A program made the position numbers and the translations under genes. Below, one piece after another: positions 42,123 through 50,880 of a stretch of DNA of 64,000 nucleotides (the stretch's first letter is position 1; each line of letters starts with the position of its first letter). The notes beneath the pieces are model-generated. The model did not search any database, was not told the DNA's origin, and saw only the letters and a list, made by a program, of their open reading frames with translations. The DNA is from Nanobdellota archaeon (GTDB lineage Archaea > Nanobdellota > Nanobdellia > Parvarchaeales > Parvarchaeaceae): the NCBI GenBank assembly GCA_021817165.1, contig JAKAVT010000004.1, positions 1,757 through 65,756 on the forward strand, given 5' to 3'.

Positions 42123-42595
42123 TTTTGATCACTTTCGCTTTTTATTGTAGACACGTCTGCTATTTTAATATTAACGTTTATAGGAACCGCGGACTCTAAA
42201 AACATTACTGTTAATTCTTCCTTTTCCTTGTTTACGGCTTTAACGGTTGCCGTCTCTCCCTTGAACGGGCCCGAAAGGACTTTTACGACATCCCCTATGT
42301 TTATGTCTATCTTCTGTTTTTTCTTCTCTATAGTCTTCAAAGCCTCTTCCTTCGATAATTCCTTGTTCATTACGCCGCGGATGTGCTTTATGTTGTAGAT
42401 TAGATTGGAAACGCTTTCCTTTGAGTCTGCTTCTACTATCAGATAACCTTTCAACGAATACGGCTTTATAACCGAGTAAATGCCTTGCACCCTTGCAAGC
42501 TGCGATTCCAGCCTCTCCAGGGCCTGCATTTCCCTTCCTATCGTAACCCTAATTATGAAGAAATGCGATTCTTCATTATTCTCAGTAGCTTCCAT
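42119..42595 (-). CDS. spt5: Transcription elongation factor Spt5 (NusG)
   Basis: 158 aa. NGN domain (FIIRVTIGREMQALERL) and KOW motif IGDVVKVLSGPFKGETATVKAVN. Confidence 0.88.
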   Translation of the reverse strand: MEATENNEESHFFIIRVTIGREMQALERLESQLARVQGIYSVIKPYSLKGYLIVEADSKESVSNLIYNIKHIRGVMNKELSKEEALKTIEKKKQKIDINIGDVVKVLSGPFKGETATVKAVNKEKEELTVMFLESAVPINVNIKIADVSTIKSESDQK

Positions 42596-42639
42596 ATATT
42601 TTAAAGAATATTATTCTAAGAATTTAACAGTATAAAAGC

Positions 42640-43143
42640 TTATATATTGCCTTTATAGCACCATGTATCAAGCATATCCTGCCACTTACTAAATTCCTCT
42701 TCTTTAATATTTGCAAACTTCATTATATCTTTTACCCACTCTCCTTTTTTGATGTACGCTATTTCAAACGTGTATTCCGTGCTTTTACGGGCATAATAAT
42801 CGTCAATGATGTTTGAAAAAAAAGGTGAAAGCAGATTACTTAGAGAGTTAAAATCCGGTTTTTGCTTCTCGAGGATTTCTTTGTTTAAGTAAGGTTTCTT
42901 TACAAAATATAAGACCGGTTCATATCTTTTCCCATTACTAACAGATAAAAACACCAGATAAGTCTTTAAATACTGCCCGGAGTTAAACCCTATTTTATTA
43001 ATTTTTATATCGCCGGAATCGCCGCTTAATACACTTTCTGAGATAGACCCGGTATCCGTAAGTTGCGTGTCATTGTCAGGGATACCTATTATCGCATTTA
43101 GTAGTTCATCCAGACTGTTTCTATTTTTATCTATTTCGACCAT
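42640..43143 (-). CDS. Hypothetical protein
   Basis: 167 aa soluble protein with no recognisable motif. Clean ORF upstream of spt5, where SecE is often found, but it has no TM helix. Confidence 0.5.
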   Translation of the reverse strand: MVEIDKNRNSLDELLNAIIGIPDNDTQLTDTGSISESVLSGDSGDIKINKIGFNSGQYLKTYLVFLSVSNGKRYEPVLYFVKKPYLNKEILEKQKPDFNSLSNLLSPFFSNIIDDYYARKSTEYTFEIAYIKKGEWVKDIMKFANIKEEEFSKWQDMLDTWCYKGNI

Positions 43144-43269
43144 CTTTTGATGAAGAGATTAACTAGTATTTAAGCATTTTTGCAAAGATACCCTCAAATC
43201 TGATATTAGAATACAGGACAAATGTTTCAAGATAAAAAGACTTAAATTAACGGTGTTTAGAAAGTAAAT

Positions 43270-43725
43270 ATGGCAGAAAAACTAGAAAGCATAATCGATC
43301 CTAGAAAACTTAGAAAAATTGCAAAAAAGGATATAGAACTTGAAGGGCTAAAAGAACTTTACGGTAAACCGGTGGCTTTTCTTGGAGTCAGTCCCTTTTT
43401 CATGGATTACGGCCGTTTTCCGAAAAAGACGTATCTGGTTTTGCCTCATTTCAGGGAGAAGTTCAAACTTCAGGAAACAGAGTATTCAAACGATACTGTA
43501 ATCGTAAAGATTTCAGGAAACGAAACAGAAAAAATAGAGCCGATGGATTACATGCATGACAACGGTGATGGTTCATATGATTTCCCGCGGTTCATTACCA
43601 TAAAAACTTTCAACAGCTATTTGCACATCTGCTCATCGAACTTCGAAAACAGCGAGTACGTAGAAATAAAGAAAAATACAAAAAAGATAAAGGCAGTTTT
43701 TGAAAAACGGACTGCATATTTATAA
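43270..43725 (+). CDS. Hypothetical protein
   Basis: 151 aa soluble protein with no recognisable motif. Divergent from 42640..43143. Confidence 0.5.
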   Translation: MAEKLESIIDPRKLRKIAKKDIELEGLKELYGKPVAFLGVSPFFMDYGRFPKKTYLVLPHFREKFKLQETEYSNDTVIVKISGNETEKIEPMDYMHDNGDGSYDFPRFITIKTFNSYLHICSSNFENSEYVEIKKNTKKIKAVFEKRTAYL

Positions 43726-43757
43726 ACAAAAAACCATAATAGATAGTATTATTTTGA

Positions 43758-43832
43758 GGGCTCGTAGCTCAACTAGGTCAGAGCATTCGGCTTTTAACCG
43801 AGTGGTTGCGGGTTCAAATCCCGTCGAGCCCA
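43758..43832 (+). tRNA. tRNA-Lys (anticodon TTT)
   Basis: GGGCTCG TA GCTC AACTAGGTCA GAGC A TTCGG CTTTTAA CCGAG TGGTT GCGGG TTCAAAT CCCGT CGAGCCC A. Canonical cloverleaf, 75 nt. Confidence 0.92.
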
Positions 43833-43895
43833 TAATTAACTAAAAATTAATAAGATAGGTAAAAGACCAGCTGTTTCTAAGTCTTTTACTGGATA

Positions 43896-44495
43896 TCAAT
43901 CTTTTTTCAAAAGCTCCATGTATTCTTTCCTTAGTTTTGCTATTTTAGGACGGATGACCATAAAACAATAAGGGTTCAGAGGATTATTCTTGTAGTAATC
44001 CTGATGGTATTTCTCTGCGAGATAAAATTCTTTCAACGGCTCCAGAGCAGTGACTATCGGCTTGTCCCAAAGCTTTTCTTCCGTTAATTCTTTTATGACC
44101 TTCTCTGCTATTTCTCTCTGCTTATCATCAACGTAGAATATCTCGGATCTATACTGGCTTCCTACGTCATTTCCCTGCCTATTCAGGCTGGTAGGATCAT
44201 GTAAAGTGAAGAAAACCTGCAACAGCTGTTTGTATGAGATTACTGAAGGATTAAAGGTAAGTCTCACCGATTCAGCATGTCCTGTTTTGCCTGTGCAGAC
44301 CTCTTCGTAAGAAGGATCTTTAACATTTCCTCCGCTGTACCCGGATTCGACCTTTTCCACGCCTTTTATCTGCTTAAAAATTGCTTCCATACACCAAAAG
44401 CAGCCTCCTGCCAGCACCGCCGTTTCAAGCTTTTTCTCCATGAATATAAATGATGCACTGCACATTTTAATATTGTCATTTACGGCGTCAAACAA
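43896..44495 (-). CDS. msrA: Peptide methionine-S-sulfoxide reductase MsrA
   Basis: LAGGCFWCMEAIF active-site motif and GHAESVRLTF. The first ~18 codons of the ORF look like an extension, so the true start is probably the Met of MEKKLE at 44441. Confidence 0.9.
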   Translation of the reverse strand: MFDAVNDNIKMCSASFIFMEKKLETAVLAGGCFWCMEAIFKQIKGVEKVESGYSGGNVKDPSYEEVCTGKTGHAESVRLTFNPSVISYKQLLQVFFTLHDPTSLNRQGNDVGSQYRSEIFYVDDKQREIAEKVIKELTEEKLWDKPIVTALEPLKEFYLAEKYHQDYYKNNPLNPYCFMVIRPKIAKLRKEYMELLKKD

Positions 44496-44543
44496 AGAAT
44501 TAAAGTTATAAGAACATAAAATTAATTATATTGTAATACTACG

Positions 44544-46067
44544 ATGGAAACAGAAGGAACCGAGATAGTAGAAAATTACCAAGTTATCTCTGACGGTATA
44601 TCCGCCGACGTAAAGATATTGAGGATACCTTCCAAATTCACGATGAGCTACAGGATAACGACTCCGGTAATAGACCAGAGCATGAACGCCGTGTTGACTG
44701 AGATAAGAACCGAACTTATAAAGGAGGACCCTTCAAAGATACAACAGCTTTCTCAGACGACGTCTGAAGCACTCAAAAGGGAATTTCTAGACATAGTACA
44801 GAAGAAACTGCAGGAGATAATACCTGGAATGCAGGAAAAATCATACCTTGAGCTTTCAGCCACGCTTCTGCATGAAATGTTCGGCCTTGGGATAATAGAG
44901 GTGCTTGACGTTGACCCCAACCTTGAAGAGGTGGTAATAAACGATTCAAAGACGCAGGTAATGGTTTACCACATTAAATATGGATGGCTTGAGACTAACG
45001 TAAGAATAGAATCGGAAACTAAGATTGAATCATATGCGCAGCAGATTGCAAGAAAGGTCGGAAGGCAGATCACAAATCTAAATCCATTGCTGGACGCACA
45101 GCTTCCGAACGGAGACAGGGTTAACGCTACGCTGTATCCGATATCAACGCATGGAAACACGCTGGACATAAGGAAGTTCCGTGCCGAACCTTGGACCATA
45201 ATAGACTTTCTAAAGAGAAAAACGGTCTCCCCTGAACTGGTTTCGTTTGTATGGCAGGCCATGCAGTACGAACTTTCATTTCTTGTTACTGGAGGTACGG
45301 CAGCCGGTAAAACGTCGATGCTTAACGTGTTCCTTCCGTTCATCCCTCCAAATCAAAGGATAATAACGATAGAGGATACCAGCGAGCTTGTCCTTCCGAA
45401 ATACATGCACTGGGTGCCGATGCTTACGAGGCAGCCTAACTCCGAAGGGAAAGGCCAAGTGACCATGTTGGATTTGCTGCTTAACTCCCTTAGAATGAGG
45501 CCGGATCGTTTAGTAGTAGGTGAGATAAGAAGGAAAGAGGATGCACAGACGCTTTTTGAAGCAATGATGACCGGCCACTCCGTTTATGCAACAATGCACG
45601 CAGAAACGGCGCAGCAGGTCGTGAAAAGGCTGATTTCCGAGCCTATAGACCTGCCGGAAATCGAGGTTTCAACGCTTGACCTTATAATAACGTCATTCAG
45701 GCAGAGAAGGACTGGGGTAAGAAGGGTATTGGAGCTTGCAGAGATAGTCGAAAGACAGATAAGCGGAGTGATGGAATTGAAGACCAATAACCTGTTTGAA
45801 TGGAAGCCGAGAACAGACAGCATAGAAAGGACAATAAACACTTCGCAGAAGATTTCAACGAAGCTCGCTCTTTATTCCGGATTGACTAGCGAGGAAATGG
45901 CCGCAGATTTGGTGGAGAAGGAATCTGTACTGCAATGGATGATTGAAAAGGGGATAAACAACGTAAACGTCATAGGGCTGGCGGCAAGCAATTACTACAC
46001 AAATCATGACAGATTGATACAGCTGGTCAAGGACAAGGGAGACCCGTCGGAACTGGAAACGCTGTAA
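44544..46067 (+). CDS. Type IV pilus/archaellum-family secretion ATPase (FlaI/TadA/VirB11-like)
   Basis: 507 aa. Walker A VTGGTAAGKTSMLN, Asp box ITIEDTSEL, Walker B LVVGEIRRKED and His box GHSVYATMHA. Confidence 0.85.
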   Translation: METEGTEIVENYQVISDGISADVKILRIPSKFTMSYRITTPVIDQSMNAVLTEIRTELIKEDPSKIQQLSQTTSEALKREFLDIVQKKLQEIIPGMQEKSYLELSATLLHEMFGLGIIEVLDVDPNLEEVVINDSKTQVMVYHIKYGWLETNVRIESETKIESYAQQIARKVGRQITNLNPLLDAQLPNGDRVNATLYPISTHGNTLDIRKFRAEPWTIIDFLKRKTVSPELVSFVWQAMQYELSFLVTGGTAAGKTSMLNVFLPFIPPNQRIITIEDTSELVLPKYMHWVPMLTRQPNSEGKGQVTMLDLLLNSLRMRPDRLVVGEIRRKEDAQTLFEAMMTGHSVYATMHAETAQQVVKRLISEPIDLPEIEVSTLDLIITSFRQRRTGVRRVLELAEIVERQISGVMELKTNNLFEWKPRTDSIERTINTSQKISTKLALYSGLTSEEMAADLVEKESVLQWMIEKGINNVNVIGLAASNYYTNHDRLIQLVKDKGDPSELETL

Positions 46068-46068
46068 G

Positions 46069-46965
46069 ATGGAAACTAAGATACCTGCTGTGATGATTTC
46101 ACCGGAAAAGGCATTGTTCTTCGGAAAGAAAGTGAAAAGATTCGCATCCAACTTCAAAGGCCTTGCACCCACGCTGAACCAAGACCTTATACAGGCGTCT
46201 ATGGACATAGATTACCTTGACTACATAGCGGCAGGGATAATAGTCACTTTGGTTCTTGTGGGCCTGATGGCCGGCGTATCCGGGCTTATACTGCTGATAG
46301 CAATAAAAAAGAACCTGCTTACCATAAAGATAGAGGCCATACTTCCCGTTCTTATTCTGGTGGTTCCGGGGGTTTACTTCCTGTATTTCCTTAACTACCC
46401 AAAGCTGCAGGCAACTAAAAGGACCAAGCTTATAGAGGAACAAGTCGTGTTTGCCACGAGGGAGATAATGATAAAGGTTGGTTCCGGAGTTCCGGTTTTC
46501 AATGCTCTGCTTGACGTGGCAAACGGAGAGTACGGCGTGGTATCGGATGAATTCAGGCTGGCGATAGAAGAGATAGAGTCGGGAATACCCCAGGAAGCAG
46601 CGTTGGATCATCTTGCTAGAAGGGTGCCTTCGCAGTCGCTTAGAAGGACAATAGACATAATGCTGAATGCCATAAAATCGGGAAGCGACGTTGCAGGTAC
46701 GCTTTCTCTTATAAACGATATGCTGATCAAAAAGCAGCAGTCTGACATGAAATCATATGCTGGAGAGCTTACGCCGATGTCAATGGCCTACATGCTGATT
46801 TCCGTGGTACTGCCGAGCCTTGGCATGTCGGTATTCGTCATTCTTGGTTCGCTTGCGCACTTCAATACCGTGGACATAATATACATTATACCCCCGTTCC
46901 TTCTGATATTTCAGGTATTCTTTATGGGAATGGTGGGAAACAGGAGGCCTTCGATAGGCGTATGA
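46069..46965 (+). CDS. T2SSF-domain pilus platform protein, first half (TadB/FlaJ-N-like)
   Basis: 298 aa. Two N-terminal TMs, a helical cytoplasmic T2SSF-like domain (VPVFNALLDVANGEYGVVSDEFRLAIEEIESGIPQEAALDHLARRVPSQSL...SGSDVAGTL), then C-terminal TMs. Confidence 0.7.
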   Translation: METKIPAVMISPEKALFFGKKVKRFASNFKGLAPTLNQDLIQASMDIDYLDYIAAGIIVTLVLVGLMAGVSGLILLIAIKKNLLTIKIEAILPVLILVVPGVYFLYFLNYPKLQATKRTKLIEEQVVFATREIMIKVGSGVPVFNALLDVANGEYGVVSDEFRLAIEEIESGIPQEAALDHLARRVPSQSLRRTIDIMLNAIKSGSDVAGTLSLINDMLIKKQQSDMKSYAGELTPMSMAYMLISVVLPSLGMSVFVILGSLAHFNTVDIIYIIPPFLLIFQVFFMGMVGNRRPSIGV

Positions 46966-48005
46966 AAAAGTATGCAAACGACAAAGGAGTACTTGCAAGC
47001 ATAGCGCACGCTCTTCCTAAACGCATCACTATACCAATGAAGGAGGAATTTATATACGCACAGATGGGCGGAGAAAATCTGGATAATTCCGTTGGAGCAG
47101 TAGCTATTCTGCTTATCGTCGGAGCCGTTTTGAGTGGTATTTTAGTGATTCATTTTCTTCATTCCCCGCTTTATGCCATCGGTGCTGCAGTGGGAATATT
47201 CTTCGGAGGATTGATATTAGTAAGATCCATGATATCGATGTTTGCCGATTCTGTCTCAGCCAAGATAGAAAAGGTTCTGCCTGACATGCTTCTGTTGATG
47301 GCCGCAAACCTTAGGGCCGGGATGATACCGGAAAACTCCTTTGTGGCATCGATGAAACCTGAATTTGGAAAATTAAATTATCTTTTGAACAAGGCGGCAA
47401 TAGAAACGCAGGCCGGAAAGAACTTCTCGGAGGCATTGCTGGAGATGAACGAGATGACTAACTCGGAATTCTTCAAGGACAGCGTAAGGATAATATCCGA
47501 AGGGATAAGATCCGGAGCTGAACTGCACTTAATACTAGAAAACCTTGCAAGCAACCTTTTGCAGAACGAAAGCATAAGGAACGACATGAAAGCGCAGGTA
47601 AAGAGCTACTCTCTTTTCATATTCATAGCCGCTACGCTGGCTGCGCCCCTGCTTTACGGAGTTTCATCCTTTCTCATAGGGATACTTGACGAAGTCGGCG
47701 CAAGCACAAACGGAGGCACGGCAATAACGAACCTGCCATCAGGAACGCTTGGACTGTTTTCGGGTTTCAGCCTGCCGCACATATCAGTAACGCTTGTAAT
47801 AGCCGTTGCGACTATAAACGTCATCATAACTACTGCTTCAAGCGCGCTTTTGGGAGGGATACTTAACACCGGGAAGGCAAAGAACGGCCTGAAAAATGTC
47901 CCTGTGTATGTATTGATAGGCATAGGGATATTCTTTGTGGTAAGGATAGGGGTATCAACGTTGTTTGCAAGCTCGTCTCTTACCTCTGGATCCAGCGGCT
48001 TTTAA
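46962..48005 (+). CDS. T2SSF-domain pilus platform protein, second half (TadC/FlaJ-C-like)
   Basis: 347 aa. LPDMLLLMAANLRAGMIPENSF...AGKNFSEALLEMNE...GIRSGAELHLILENLA is a second T2SSF-like domain flanked by TMs. ATGA overlap with the preceding gene. Confidence 0.7.
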   Translation: MKKYANDKGVLASIAHALPKRITIPMKEEFIYAQMGGENLDNSVGAVAILLIVGAVLSGILVIHFLHSPLYAIGAAVGIFFGGLILVRSMISMFADSVSAKIEKVLPDMLLLMAANLRAGMIPENSFVASMKPEFGKLNYLLNKAAIETQAGKNFSEALLEMNEMTNSEFFKDSVRIISEGIRSGAELHLILENLASNLLQNESIRNDMKAQVKSYSLFIFIAATLAAPLLYGVSSFLIGILDEVGASTNGGTAITNLPSGTLGLFSGFSLPHISVTLVIAVATINVIITTASSALLGGILNTGKAKNGLKNVPVYVLIGIGIFFVVRIGVSTLFASSSLTSGSSGF

Positions 48006-48127
48006 CAAAAAAGTGGATAAATTAAATTTGAATAGAAAAACAGGGCAGCAATAAATACTTATGATACAAAAGACAGTAAAATAATAAAATACCTATATTT
48101 ACGTAGTTTGTATTGAGTGGCATTTAA

Positions 48128-48200
48128 GGGCTCATGGTCTAGTGGCTATGACGTCTCCCTCACACGGAGAAGGCCGGGAGTTCGAATCTCCCTGGGCCCA
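48128..48200 (+). tRNA. tRNA-Val (anticodon CAC)
   Basis: GGGCTCA TG GTCT AGTGGCTA TGAC G TCTCC CTCACAC GGAGA AGGCC GGGAG TTCGAAT CTCCC TGGGCCC A. 73 nt. Confidence 0.9.
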
Positions 48201-48440
48201 TCACTTCTGACGGAAACCGTAAAAATAACTTTTACATCTTACTGAACTTTTCTAGATTTATTGAATGTGAGTGGCGTAGGCTATCGCCTTCCCGCAGGTA
48301 TCAACACAGAATAGAGTACTAGACTGCAATGACAAAGAGTAATGGGATAAGTGTAATAAGACGTATCCTATCGCTGCAAGGATACTCGTAGGAAACGAGA
48401 AAAGCAAGACATTTTACGCTGTCTCGGGATATGCATAAAA

Positions 48441-49427
48441 TCAGTGCTTAATTATTTTTATGGAAGGATTTGTTGCGTCTGCATATATCTCCGCTTTTCC
48501 GCCGATAGGGAAAGTTATCATCGGAGTCGTATGGCCAAAATCAACATCGGCTATGACAGGGATGTCTTTCAGTTCCCTTTTCGTCTTTATTATCCTAATA
48601 AGTTTTTCGCGTGTCATTTTACTTGCTTTCTGGAACCGGCCTATAACCAAACCTTGAACCTCCTCAAACCCTTTCTGCATTATTAACGACTGCAAATCAC
48701 GGTCAAAATTCTGAGGTTTTGATTCGCTATCGTCTTCTATGAATACTACAGAATTCCTAAGGTCCGGCATATAATCTGTCCCCTGCAACAGGTTCAACGT
48801 GCACAGATTACCACCTATTATGGTCCCTGCGCCGAATCCCGGATTTATCACATAGTATCCTTTGTTTTTTATGAAATGTACATTTTCTTGGTCTTTATAC
48901 CAGTGTTCATCCCTGAATTTAGGACTGGGTAAGACCTCAAAAGACCTGTCTTCAATTACACATTTTTTAAAATATTCTAGTGTGTATTCGAAACCTTTCT
49001 TCTGCCCAAATGTGGCATATGCGGGCCCAGAGTAACTTATCAATGCGCTTTTTTTAAGAATGGCATTCTGAAGAGCGGTAATATCGGAAAAACCGCAAAA
49101 TATCTTTGGATTTTTACGTATAATATCAAAATCTATGTAATTTAGCAATTGATTCGAATTGAAACCTCCTATCACTGCCAATACGGCTTTTACGTTTTTG
49201 TCCATGAAGGCAGTGTGCAGATCCTCGATTCTTTGTGAAATTGATGAGGATTCGAATTCATCCATCTGATCAGTGTTATTTCCAAAAGTAACTTTAAATC
49301 CGAGACGGGTAAGTCTAGCGAGAGGAATCTTCCGAAACTCTTTGCTCAGTATCCCCATTGAATTAGAAGGAGCTATGACTCTTATTTCATCTCCTCTTTT
49401 CAGCTTCTTTGGAACGAGATATTCCAT
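48441..49427 (-). CDS. Peptidase S66 (LD-carboxypeptidase LdcA / MccF-like serine hydrolase)
   Basis: 328 aa. GDEIRVIAPS, nucleophile elbow CGFSDITAL and C-terminal DVDFGHTTPMITFPIG, i.e. the Ser-His-Glu family pattern. Confidence 0.8.
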   Translation of the reverse strand: MEYLVPKKLKRGDEIRVIAPSNSMGILSKEFRKIPLARLTRLGFKVTFGNNTDQMDEFESSSISQRIEDLHTAFMDKNVKAVLAVIGGFNSNQLLNYIDFDIIRKNPKIFCGFSDITALQNAILKKSALISYSGPAYATFGQKKGFEYTLEYFKKCVIEDRSFEVLPSPKFRDEHWYKDQENVHFIKNKGYYVINPGFGAGTIIGGNLCTLNLLQGTDYMPDLRNSVVFIEDDSESKPQNFDRDLQSLIMQKGFEEVQGLVIGRFQKASKMTREKLIRIIKTKRELKDIPVIADVDFGHTTPMITFPIGGKAEIYADATNPSIKIIKH

Positions 49428-49567
49428 ATATAATAAAAATTTACTGCTAATTAAAACTTAACGCCTTGTAGAGTTTGTTGCATAATTCGATTGCAGACGG
49501 CCTGCAATGAGTAGCAATAGTCATTCTTATTGCAATCTGGTGTTAATCTTGTCTAAGAACTGCTTGC

Positions 49568-50122
49568 CTATTTTGAATAGTTGTGTATCTTCCTGTTGGA
49601 GTCTATGTATATGAAATTTATGCCCGATTCCTTTGCTTCTATTAAGGTTTCGGCTGCCTTTTCGCTGTTTTCATACCCTAATATTATTATGTTTTTAAGA
49701 TCCTCTTCCTTTATTTCTTCGTATTCCTTTTCATGCTCGTATGTTTTGTTTTTTAGGTAAACCTTAGGAATGCTGCCCCCCATATCCAGGTAGATATTTA
49801 GCCAGCCCGTCCAGTGATCAGGTTTTCCGCTTTCATATGTTCCCCGAAGATGATTCTGCCTATGAGCTTCTTCATGTACAAGGAGATTTTCAATATCGAC
49901 AATTTTACCGGAACACAATGAATCATAAAGAAACCACTTATCGATCAGCATTTTGTCGTTGCAATGGTCATATCTTCCGCAGAACATGTTGTTAGAGCTG
50001 GTTATGTAATATTTGCTTTTATCAAATGCCGAAGGATAAGGTGCATTTCTTTTCAGGCTGGAAAGCAGCGATTCCAGTATGCTTCTTTGCTTCCTTAGGT
50101 CAATAAATTCTCCGTTTATCAT
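49568..50122 (-). CDS. HExxH zinc-metallohydrolase-like protein (DUF45/WLM/SprT-like motif)
   Basis: 184 aa. Single motif LLVHEEAHRQNH (H-E-x-x-H-x3-H) after a Cys-containing N-terminal part. Acidic C-terminal half. Confidence 0.45.
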   Translation of the reverse strand: MINGEFIDLRKQRSILESLLSSLKRNAPYPSAFDKSKYYITSSNNMFCGRYDHCNDKMLIDKWFLYDSLCSGKIVDIENLLVHEEAHRQNHLRGTYESGKPDHWTGWLNIYLDMGGSIPKVYLKNKTYEHEKEYEEIKEEDLKNIIILGYENSEKAAETLIEAKESGINFIYIDSNRKIHNYSK

Positions 50123-50213
50123 AAATAGTAGAGATGCAATATCGTTAATAAAGGTTCTCTACTTTTTATTAAGCATTCTTAGTGTTTGATGTTAAGCTTG
50201 ATAACTGTGATGC

Positions 50214-50828
50214 CTATAATCTCAATTCTTTCTTTGCTATTACTTTTCCATCCGGAGCGAGACCATATATTATGGGCAAGCTCGTCGGCAGTTCCAACGA
50301 CAATACCTGTTCCTTTGACAATTTATCTAAATACATAACTATAGAGCGTAGGCTATTTCCATGCGCAACTACCAATACATTTTTTCCCTCCTTTAGATCC
50401 GTCATTATACAGTTCATAAAAAAAGGTATTGTTCTCTTCTGCGTGTCTTCGAGGCTTTCCCCATTTGGAGGCTTTATATCATAGCTTCTTCTCCAAATGT
50501 GAACTTGCTGATTGCCGTATTTTTTGGCGGTGTCTTCCTTGTTTAATCCTTGCAAATCCCCATACATCCTTTCATTAAGTGCAGAATCTTTTATCATAGG
50601 GATATTTTGCTGTATTGTCTTCATCACTATTTCAAGTGTTTCTATGGCCCTGTTTAAAACGCTTGTGTATGCAACCTGAAACTGCAGCCCTTCTTTTTTT
50701 ATTGATTCACCGGCTTTCTCCGCCTGTTCTCTTCCGAAGTCTGTCAAAGGAACGTCTACCCATCCGGTAAACCTGTTTTCCTTATTCCAAAGGGATTCTC
50801 CATGCCTCAACAAACACAGCTGTACCAT
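50214..50828 (-). CDS. gpmA: 2,3-bisphosphoglycerate-dependent phosphoglycerate mutase (histidine phosphatase)
   Basis: 204 aa. LLRHGESLWNKENRFTGWVDVPL (RHGE motif) and VVAHGNSLR. Confidence 0.85.
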   Translation of the reverse strand: MVQLCLLRHGESLWNKENRFTGWVDVPLTDFGREQAEKAGESIKKEGLQFQVAYTSVLNRAIETLEIVMKTIQQNIPMIKDSALNERMYGDLQGLNKEDTAKKYGNQQVHIWRRSYDIKPPNGESLEDTQKRTIPFFMNCIMTDLKEGKNVLVVAHGNSLRSIVMYLDKLSKEQVLSLELPTSLPIIYGLAPDGKVIAKKELRL

Positions 50829-50880
50829 TCTGTTTTATAGTTTTCATTTATTAATTTCTTTTAGATTTTGATTTTGCTTT

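Noticed and set aside
41650-42150. 166-aa + strand ORF (and 41744..42019)
   Set aside because: Antisense to the unmistakable uL11 gene (GGKATPAPPLGPQL). Shadow ORF.
45855-46998. Minus-strand ORFs 45855..46208, 46099..46611 and 46780..46998
   Set aside because: Antisense to the pilus ATPase and platform genes, which carry clear Walker and T2SSF motifs. The Tyr/His/Arg-rich translations look non-biological.
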